A stretch of 45,510 nucleotides of DNA from an uncultured Leptolyngbya sp. (GTDB lineage: Bacteria > Cyanobacteriota > Cyanobacteriia > Phormidesmidales > Phormidesmidaceae): positions 1 to 45,510 of the forward strand of contig CALBPH010000631.1 of assembly GCA_937899365.1 (NCBI GenBank). Reading direction: 5' to 3'. Shown piece by piece: positions 38,275-45,510 of this stretch. Every line of letters starts with the position of its first letter. Position 1 is the stretch's first letter. The notes beneath the pieces are model-generated. The model saw only the letters and a list, made by a program, of their open reading frames with translations. It did not search any database and was not told where the DNA came from. The position numbers and the translations under genes are program-made.

Positions 38275-39726
38275 TACATCCTGATAGGCATTGAGGCTGT
38301 TTTATAATTTCTTGCAAGGCAGGATCTTGGCCTATTTAGATAGAGCTTTGAGCGTTTCAAAGATGGTCAGCTTATAGGTAAACTGACGCTTTGCAGGGGG
38401 ATACGCTGATGACAGAACTATCTGAAAACTTACCTTGTATAAAATTAGCAACCTTCTCCAGGTTTACTCTTAAGAGCACTATAAAGACCTATCAAAGTTT
38501 GTAATTATAGGTTCCTGAAAATAAGCCTGTTTTCATACTCAACATATAGAAGTTTTTGTAGACAGGCTAGGGGGGTGAAACCCTTGTGGATTCTCTATCA
38601 AGCTAGCTTGTTATATTGATTTAAGTGGAGTATCGATAAATTTCCTTAGAACGTTGGACAAAGTATCAAATTCATTGGTTGTATTGATTTCGATAGTCCG
38701 TAAAAATACTTGAAGTGCCAATAAAATCTTTAGAAAAGATCAGTATTTTTAAGGTTAACTTTGTTCATCATTAACAAAAAAATCTAACTAATTAATCTTT
38801 TTTGATTTGTATCAGCTAACTGGCGGATATTTACTGTCATAGCTCTCTGTATTATTGCTAGGAAATCTGCTCAAATGCTTCAGTGATAATCATTACAGAC
38901 GATTGGATGATGGGACTTATACTGAATTCTATAGGTAAAACTTTAGACATAAAATATTACGTAGAGTATGACTATCTTTTTAGTGTCATTGTGTCTAATG
39001 GCTGAAAATGAACAGGGGTTTATATTTGATAAACATAAAATATCTAACAGACTACTGTAAGAAATTGACGTATTAGTACGAGAGACTGTCTGATTCTGGA
39101 TGTTTTATACTTAGATAGTAATGACTATTATTATTCCTGTAGATAGTTAAGCAGGTAGGCACAAAGTTCAAAGATATTCTATGTAAGCTGTGTAAATGCT
39201 TAAGTGGTTATAGTGCATCCTGATTCTTAAATATCGGCACTAGAATTTTATGCCTTCATAGTATCTGAGCGATCTTGCTTAATTTCCTGTGCCAAGGAAC
39301 AAATCGGCACAACAAAATCTCTATGAATATAACTTTGATGGTTAGGGTGCTTAAAGGCTAGGGTCGCTTAGGTGATAGGAACTATATAAGGTTTGATTGG
39401 CTGTGAACTTGCAGCTGACTTAAGGCTTCATTTATTTGTTGCTTAATTCTTTATCGGTCATAACTTTTTAGCATGGGCCTATCTCCATGGGTTTGTGGGA
39501 TTGTGTGTTTCTTAAAATGCTAGGGATGAAAGCTTCGAAGGCATATGTTCTTAAGCATTAAGATGCCTGGGTATGTCAGCAATTAATGAGCTGATTATTT
39601 TTAACCAATAGAAAAGCTCTTAGACCTGATGACTGCCAAGTGGGTTAGCTGCTTATTTTCTACGTAAAAGATTGATTCTTGACTAATTCTTCTCACTTTA
39701 CATAATTCATTTAAGGCAAATTTCAT

Positions 39727-40023
39727 ATGTCACAGGAAATGCTGGAGGCTGCGATAGATGCAGTCAGAGACGGGCAGTTTCAGGCAGGCATTAATGGACT
39801 ACAACGCGTCGCGTCTCAAGTGCGCCCACCCGATAAGCTGTACTATTCAGCGAATATTTGGTTGGTGCGTGCGTATAAGGAAAGTGGTCAATTGCCCGCT
39901 GCTATTAGATTATGCCGCCAGTTAGCGACGAGCTCGCATCCTAAGGTGCAGGTTTGGGCGCAACAGGCACTGCCGGTATTGCGGCAACCCAGTAGTGTGT
40001 CTGGGCATCTAGAGCTTTTTTAG
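39727..40023 (+). CDS. Small TPR-like helical hypothetical protein
   Basis: A.IWLV.AY...GQ...AI.LC..L..S..P.V..WA...L pattern. Confidence 0.72.
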   Translation: MSQEMLEAAIDAVRDGQFQAGINGLQRVASQVRPPDKLYYSANIWLVRAYKESGQLPAAIRLCRQLATSSHPKVQVWAQQALPVLRQPSSVSGHLELF

Positions 40024-40283
40024 GGTGTGGCAATCTCTAAGTTCATATCTCTAAAGCAGAAGGCTACGCCAATGGCAGCTTGGTGCCCATCGCCTTTATT
40101 CCTTAAAGGGAGCAGCGATTGTGTATGGTCTGAGGGATAGGTATCAAGCTACATAACTCACCTCATTTTTCCTTGCCTGGCGCAATGGGCTATGCCTATT
40201 GCGCCATAGCCTATTGGTTAAACTAAGGGATAAGCAGGTAAACTGCATTAGCGCATTGTTTAAGGATGGAGTGAGGGGGTGCC

Positions 40284-43046
40284 ATGTACTTGCTGTCGGT
40301 TACCCTTACCAACTTTAAGACCCATCGCGATCGCAACTTTGAGTTTCAGTTAGGAACCAACGCTATTTGCGGCGTTAACGGTGCGGGTAAAACTAGTATT
40401 TTAGAGGCGATTGCCTGGACGCTGTTCAATTATCGGGGTAGCTATAGACAGGACGATCTAATCCGGAATGGTAGCGGCAGCGCCCAGGCAAGGGTTGCTT
40501 TTGTGTCTAGCTATGATGGCCGTACCTATGAGGTAGAACGCTGTACTAGCCGGGGGTATACCCTCTTTGACCCACAGCTGGGGGAACGCCTTAACTATAG
40601 TCGCATTAAGGATGAGGTAGAGCCCTGGCTGCAGCAGCATCTGGGAGTGCCGCCGGGTACAGATCTAGGGCAGCTTTTTGCCAATACGATTGGAGTACCC
40701 CAGGGAACATTTACCGCCGACTTTTTGTTAAGTCCTGAAAAGCGTAAGCCTATTTTTGACAATGTGCTCAAGGTCGAAGAATATCGCCAAGTGCATAAGG
40801 AGACAAATAGTCTGCGTCGATATGCAGAAGCCCAGGTGGATCTGCTCAAAACTCAGCTACAGCAGTATGAAGAGCAACTGCAATCTCTGGATGCACTTCA
40901 AGCTCGGTATGCCACTATTACCCAAGATATTGCCACTGGTGAACAACAGTTAGCGAGTTTACAACAAGATCTCGTACAGCTACGGAGTAAAAAAGAGTCT
41001 TTAACTAATCAAGCTCAGCGTATACAGCTGCTGCGTCAGCAGCAACAGCAGCTAGGGTTGCAGCTGGAGGCTAAACAGCAGACTTATCAGGTATTGGAGC
41101 AAGAGCGGTTGCGATCGCAACAAGCCTCAAAACTGTGTGAGACTCATGGGACTGCTTATCGACTTTATTTAGAGGTTGAAAAGGTATTGAAAACGCTGAG
41201 TCAGCAAAACCAGCAGCGTCAACAACTTTTACAACAGCAGCAACAACAGCAGCGAAACCTTGATCAGCAGGCGACAGCCATGGCCCGCTTGCAGGTTCAG
41301 CTAGAGCAACGTGACCAGCTTCAAAAACAGATTGCAGATTTAGCGTTGCCATGTAATCAACAGGAAGAACTAAATGCTCAACGCCATGAGCTGGTTCAGC
41401 AACAACAGACGCTGGCCAACCTGCAGGTTCGTCGCCAAGGCTGGCAAGATAACTTAACTAGGCTCCAGAAAGATAGTCAACAGTCTGAGCGTGATCTTCA
41501 GGCCCTGGATGCTTTGCAAAGCAGCGTAGACAATATTCCTACTCTGGAGCATCAGCAGCAGCGTCTGCAACAGCAGCTAAGTCGAGTGGAAGCGGCTCAA
41601 CAATTTGAAACAGAGCTGGAGCATATAGTGACCAGTCATCGGGTTCAGGCGGAAGACTATGACCAACAGGTTACGGCTGCCATAGCCACCCTGGGAAATC
41701 TGCAACAAAGTCTGCCACTGTTTTCTGATGCTGTGATTGAACAGCTAGAAACTGCGATCGCAACGGGGCAAACCCTCAGTCAAACAACATTGTTAGCCCT
41801 AGAGAGTATTCTTAACGATCTCTCAGAACAGGTAGACACGGCCCAACTTAACCGCAACTTGAAGACAGCTAAAACGCAGCTAGCCCAGGCCTATGGTAAT
41901 CAGGCCCAGCTCGGGAACCGCGAACGGCTGTTACAAAAACAAATTCAACTCATGGCGCAGCAGCAACGGCTGCAGACTGATATGGCCAATCTGGATCAGC
42001 GGCTGAATCAAACTGAGACGATTAACCAGCGTCTGAGTGAGCTAGATTCAGCGCTGACTGCTTTGGGCGATCCCCAGGGGCGTCGTCATGTTTTGAGCGA
42101 ACAGTGCCAGACCATGGCTAATGTGGAGGCTGAGTATCAGCGTCTGCAAACTCAGCGCCAAACCCTGGAAACGACTCTAGCTAAAGTGACCCATCAGCTG
42201 GCTGGCTTTGCTGACCTGGATGCCGACATGTCGCAACAGCAGCAGTTACGTCACCAGCATCAAGCAGGCTATTTAGCCTATGTTCAACATGAAAAAGATG
42301 CCCAAAAGTTAGAAAAGCTCAATACCGATCTGGCAACTGCGGCTCAGGTCATTGCAGACCTCACCCAAAACCATTCAGAGGCAATGGCTGAGCTAGCCCT
42401 ACTCTCGGCTGATTTTGATCCGGCTATATTGCAGGGGGTAGAGCAGCAGTATGGAGAGGTTAAATCCCAGTGCGATCGCATCACGGGCAGCCTACCCCAA
42501 CAGTGCAAGCTACAGGCAGAACTGAGCAGTCAGCTAGATGCGTTACAGCAAGTTGCAGCAAAGCAGACCCAAGCCCAGACTGACCTGAAACAAAAAGAAC
42601 GAATTAAACGCTTTATTAACTTTGCCCGTAAAGCCTATAAAGAAGCTGGACCTCGCATTACCGAACGTTATGTTCAGGGCATTTCCCAAGAGGCAGATCG
42701 CCTATTTCGAGAGCTGTTAAATCGACCGAATGTGGCACTGGAGTGGACACGTGACTATGAAATCCTTGTGCAAGAAGGTGGGAATACCCGGCGATTTATT
42801 AACCTTTCTGGTGGTGAACAAATGTGTGCTGCCCTGGCCGTACGCTTGGCCCTGCTAAAAGTCTTGGCCGATATTGACATTGCCTTTTTTGATGAACCGA
42901 CGACTAATATGGATCGTCCCCGGCGAGAAAGTCTTGCTGAGGCCATTGCTCGTCTGAAAACCTTTAAACAGCTGTTTGTAATCAGCCATGATGACACCTT
43001 TGAAAAGGTTACAGAGAACGTCATCGTTGTTGAAAGAGAAGACTAA
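40284..43046 (+). CDS. SbcC/Rad50-like SMC-family ATPase
   Basis: L.NFK.H, GVNGAGKTS, PQG.F (Q-loop), a long Gln-rich coiled-coil, LSGGE, FFDEPTTNMD and VISHD. Confidence 0.9.
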   Translation: MYLLSVTLTNFKTHRDRNFEFQLGTNAICGVNGAGKTSILEAIAWTLFNYRGSYRQDDLIRNGSGSAQARVAFVSSYDGRTYEVERCTSRGYTLFDPQLGERLNYSRIKDEVEPWLQQHLGVPPGTDLGQLFANTIGVPQGTFTADFLLSPEKRKPIFDNVLKVEEYRQVHKETNSLRRYAEAQVDLLKTQLQQYEEQLQSLDALQARYATITQDIATGEQQLASLQQDLVQLRSKKESLTNQAQRIQLLRQQQQQLGLQLEAKQQTYQVLEQERLRSQQASKLCETHGTAYRLYLEVEKVLKTLSQQNQQRQQLLQQQQQQQRNLDQQATAMARLQVQLEQRDQLQKQIADLALPCNQQEELNAQRHELVQQQQTLANLQVRRQGWQDNLTRLQKDSQQSERDLQALDALQSSVDNIPTLEHQQQRLQQQLSRVEAAQQFETELEHIVTSHRVQAEDYDQQVTAAIATLGNLQQSLPLFSDAVIEQLETAIATGQTLSQTTLLALESILNDLSEQVDTAQLNRNLKTAKTQLAQAYGNQAQLGNRERLLQKQIQLMAQQQRLQTDMANLDQRLNQTETINQRLSELDSALTALGDPQGRRHVLSEQCQTMANVEAEYQRLQTQRQTLETTLAKVTHQLAGFADLDADMSQQQQLRHQHQAGYLAYVQHEKDAQKLEKLNTDLATAAQVIADLTQNHSEAMAELALLSADFDPAILQGVEQQYGEVKSQCDRITGSLPQQCKLQAELSSQLDALQQVAAKQTQAQTDLKQKERIKRFINFARKAYKEAGPRITERYVQGISQEADRLFRELLNRPNVALEWTRDYEILVQEGGNTRRFINLSGGEQMCAALAVRLALLKVLADIDIAFFDEPTTNMDRPRRESLAEAIARLKTFKQLFVISHDDTFEKVTENVIVVERED

Positions 43047-43183
43047 TCGATTATTCGCACTGATCCTTAAAGTGACAAAGTCTCTCAACTATCAGTTGAA
43101 AGACTTTGTTGTTTACTAATATCTATTGGTAGCTTGGCTTAACTCAACTTAGACAGAGTTGCTTTTGAGCTAACCCAAAGCCT

Positions 43184-43411
43184 CTAACCTTCTAGGCTCT
43201 GGCTGGCGAATGCATCATAGGTGTAAGCAGGAACACGATTGCTGAAATCAGTTTCGCTGCCAGTCACCGTTTTAGCGAGGGCATCAAATGAGTCAGAGCG
43301 CCAGTTACGCTCGTGGATAGGCTTGGACTGCTCACCCATAAAATATGCTTGGGTGCCGATCAGTGCGGCCGCAACCCAACCTACAATCACAATTGCTAAT
43401 ACGATAGCCAT
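43184..43411 (-). CDS. Single-TM Psb35-related small protein
   Basis: GWVAAALIGTQAYF.GEQSKPIHERNW motif recalled from cyanobacterial Psb35-related proteins; AAGGAG Shine-Dalgarno. Confidence 0.75.
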   Translation of the reverse strand: MAIVLAIVIVGWVAAALIGTQAYFMGEQSKPIHERNWRSDSFDALAKTVTGSETDFSNRVPAYTYDAFASQSLEG

Positions 43412-43481
43412 GTTAAATCTCCTTCTTAGTTGCTGGCGGGAGCTGTTGAGGGCTGCAACCAGCGGTTAATCAGTGGTGTCT

Positions 43482-43521
43482 TATGTAACTTAATGTAACG
43501 AATAATATTAAGAAGCGTCAA
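43482..43521 (-). promoter_or_regulatory. Sigma70-type promoter with an overlapping HLR1 (RpaB) box
   Basis: Minus strand TTGACG-N18-TACATT. GTTACATT-AA-GTTACATA (43482-43499) matches the HLR1 consensus. Confidence 0.72.
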
Positions 43522-43638
43522 CTAAGCTTGACTGGATTTCACGTGTGGTTATCAACACTTTTGAGCTGATACTCTGGGGCAATGCCCCTGGTGCTCAAAA
43601 GTGGCGTTGGCTAAAGCGGTTAGTCGATTTGTAACTGA

Positions 43639-45000
43639 TTAGGCTACTCGCTGTTTGATCAGCTCAAATAAGGCGCGCATACCCATAGCATCGCCTCCTT
43701 CGGGCCGACCGGGTAAGCTGCGGAGGTTGTAGGCCATGAGGTCTACATGAATCCATGGAATGTCGGGTTGAATAAATTCTTGTAAAAACAGAGCTGCGGT
43801 AATGGAGCCGCCATAGGAACCGTTGGCGATATTGTTCATGTCTGCCACTGGGCTATCTAACATGGAGCGATAGGCGTTGTGTAAGGGCAGATTCCAAAGC
43901 GGATCGTCAGCTGTCTGACCGACTTTGAGAAGTGTGGCTGTAACCTGCTCATCGTTACAGAAAAAGGCAGGGAGTTCGGTGCCCAAGGCAACGCGGGCTG
44001 CACCTGTGAGCGTGGCACAGTCAATCAGCAGGTCTGGGTCTTCACTGCTGGCTTCCCAGAGGGCATCGGCCAGCACTAAGCGACCTTCGGCATCGGTATT
44101 GCCGATTTCGATGGTGGTGCCTTTGCGGGAGGTCAAAATATCTAGGGGTCTGAGGGCATTGCCAGCAATGCTATTTTCAACGGCTGCCACCAGTACTCGC
44201 AGGCTGACGGGTAAACCGATTTCCATAATCATTTGGGCCAGTCCCAGGACTTGGGCGGCACCCCCCATATCTTTTTTCATCAGCCGCATACCGGCAGCTG
44301 ATTTGATATCGAGACCACCACTATCAAAGCAAACGCCTTTGCCCACCAGGGTAATACTAGGGGCGTCTGGGTTGCCCCAACGCATGTCGATCAGCCGAGG
44401 CGCTCGGGTGCTAGCTTTGCCAACGGCAAAAATCATGGGATAGTTTTCGACGACCAGGTCACCTCCGGCAATCACGGCTATTTTCGCTTCGTACCGATCG
44501 GCCAAATTGCGGGCGGTTTCTTCTAATTGGTCAGGTCCCATGTTGTTAGCCGGAGTGGTGACTAGGTCCCGGACTAAATAGGTGGCTTCGGTAGCGGCCT
44601 TGACATAGGTTAGGTCGGCGTTTTCGGGTGCTTCTAGGGTGGCGAGCAAACCGACTTTGGTGAGTTTGTAACGATCAAAGCTGTAGCTACCTAACTGCCA
44701 TCCCAGGTATAGCTTGGTGGCGTTACTATCAGAAAATTTATTGGCTAGGGCATAGGTGCCTGCTGGCAGGGTTTTAGGTAAGGCCGCTAGTGTCCATACA
44801 TCTACACTGTCGGAGCTACCCACTAATACTTTGCCTATTTTACCGGCAGCATCGGGAACTAAGCATAGGGTTCCGACTTCGCCTGAAAACCCTGATGCTT
44901 GGCACCAGGCCGCGCTATCAGGATGATCGGCCTGGAGTATCTCTGCGTTGACTAAGTGAATTGCGATCGCATCTGCCAAGGAAGACCTCCACACGTTCAA
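43639..45000 (-). CDS. Leucyl aminopeptidase family (M17, PepB-like)
   Basis: VGKGVCFDSGG, MKKDMGGAA, NTDAEGRL and ATLTGA. Confidence 0.94.
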   Translation of the reverse strand: MNVWRSSLADAIAIHLVNAEILQADHPDSAAWCQASGFSGEVGTLCLVPDAAGKIGKVLVGSSDSVDVWTLAALPKTLPAGTYALANKFSDSNATKLYLGWQLGSYSFDRYKLTKVGLLATLEAPENADLTYVKAATEATYLVRDLVTTPANNMGPDQLEETARNLADRYEAKIAVIAGGDLVVENYPMIFAVGKASTRAPRLIDMRWGNPDAPSITLVGKGVCFDSGGLDIKSAAGMRLMKKDMGGAAQVLGLAQMIMEIGLPVSLRVLVAAVENSIAGNALRPLDILTSRKGTTIEIGNTDAEGRLVLADALWEASSEDPDLLIDCATLTGAARVALGTELPAFFCNDEQVTATLLKVGQTADDPLWNLPLHNAYRSMLDSPVADMNNIANGSYGGSITAALFLQEFIQPDIPWIHVDLMAYNLRSLPGRPEGGDAMGMRALFELIKQRVA

Positions 45001-45099
45001 AGACGTTTGCTCAAACGAGTTTAGTTTGCCTTATGGCTATCAGCAACTGTGTAGCATCTGAGCATAATCTCAAGATTTACACCTTAAACTTACCTAGCT

Positions 45100-45510
45100 T
45101 CACGGACGCTCAAATAAAACTCGCTGCTCTTCCACCGATTGACGACACCAGCAGCCTTCTACATGATCGTTCACTAATCCCATTGCCTGCATAAAAGCGT
45201 AAGCCGTTGTGGGGCCAACAAAAGACCAGCCCCGCTTTTTCAAATCCTTGCTGAGGGCTATGGATTCCGGTGTTTTACTCAGCTGAGATAGGGTGGCGTA
45301 GTCATACTGGATGGGTCGCTCCGTCGGTTCATACTGCCAAAAATAGGCGGCAAGAGAGCCCCACTGCTCGACCAACTCACAGGCCCTTTGAGCATTATTG
45401 ATAACGGATTCGATTTTGCGGCGGTGACGAACAATGCCAGCGTTTTGCAACAGACGTTGCACATCTGATTCGGTGTAGAGCAGCTCAGCTTTCGAACTAA
45501 CCTCCATTTG
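45100..45510 (-). CDS. tag: DNA-3-methyladenine glycosylase I, 5'-truncated by the window edge
   Basis: LL.NAGIVRH..KI.S.INNA and SKDLKKRGWSFVGPTT.YAFMQAMGLVNDH...C. Confidence 0.92.
   Translation of the reverse strand, partial: QMEVSSKAELLYTESDVQRLLQNAGIVRHRRKIESVINNAQRACELVEQWGSLAAYFWQYEPTERPIQYDYATLSQLSKTPESIALSKDLKKRGWSFVGPTTAYAFMQAMGLVNDHVEGCWCRQSVEEQRVLFERP

Larger units (their letters stand above)
799..44970. repeat. Dispersed HIP1 palindromes (GCGATCGC), at least 18 copies
   Basis: Seen at 799, 5414, 5845, 7298, 14155, 15176, 21207, 24881, 25129, 29499, 31116, 32666, 34098, 40327, 41111, 41754, 42472 and 44963. 14 of the 18 are TGCGATCGCA. Confidence 0.92.

Noticed and set aside
38573-38583. 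GGG-N5-CCC HetR-like site upstream of the caspase gene
   Set aside because: Too little information, and the flanks do not extend the palindrome convincingly.
40179-40205. Hairpin GGCGCAATGGGC-TAT-GCCTATTGCGCC upstream of the SbcC-like gene
   Set aside because: No U-tract and no second copy seen; an ordinary intergenic stem-loop.
41020-41260. CAG/CAA-rich tracts resembling a microsatellite
   Set aside because: Mixed Gln codons within a coiled-coil, typical of cyanobacterial SMC-like proteins.
1369-45464. Many short ORF-track entries overlapping real genes (e.g. 1369..1683, 6636..6905, 9119..9475, 25604..25945, 43925..44443)
   Set aside because: Antisense or alternate-frame shadows of well-supported CDSs, with no motifs or ribosome-binding sites that I could see.
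1-45510. tRNA, rRNA, CRISPR arrays, transposases, integrases, prophage genes
   Set aside because: None recognised on either strand by eye. A covariance-model scan would be needed to exclude them formally.

Overview
Mostly core-chromosome window from a filamentous cyanobacterium, probably marine or halotolerant and Leptolyngbya/Leptothoe/Adonisia-like. The evidence is at least 18 HIP1 sites (GCGATCGC, mostly as TGCGATCGCA), ycf54, a Psb35-related gene and ggpP/stpA. Housekeeping genes include a radical SAM protein, clpS, argF, crtE, folD, a carotenoid oxygenase, a BT1 transporter, coaX, a Sua5/YrdC protein, uppS, msrA, an SbcC-like ATPase, an M17 aminopeptidase and tag. A cyanoexosortase B / exopolysaccharide export operon is present (DegT aminotransferase, exosortase, associated protein, wza, wzc). 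I saw no tRNA, rRNA, CRISPR array or transposase. The most interesting items are: (1) an HTH-NB-ARC-TPR STAND gene divergent from a stand-alone uppS, with a 10-bp-period C(C/A)GAC repeat between them; (2) a caspase-nSTAND1 protein with a transmembrane segment and no repeat sensor domain, behind a 1.45-kb ORF-free region; (3) a secreted 3x23-aa repeat microprotein with a perfect CRP box and its own terminator; (4) a candidate structured ~285-nt sRNA between coaX and ggpP; (5) a perfect HLR1/RpaB box over the promoter of the Psb35-related gene. Four genes carry in-frame stops inside clusters of odd substitutions, most likely assembly errors, so several ORF-track fragments are really single genes. 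All calls are from motif recognition; no database search was run.
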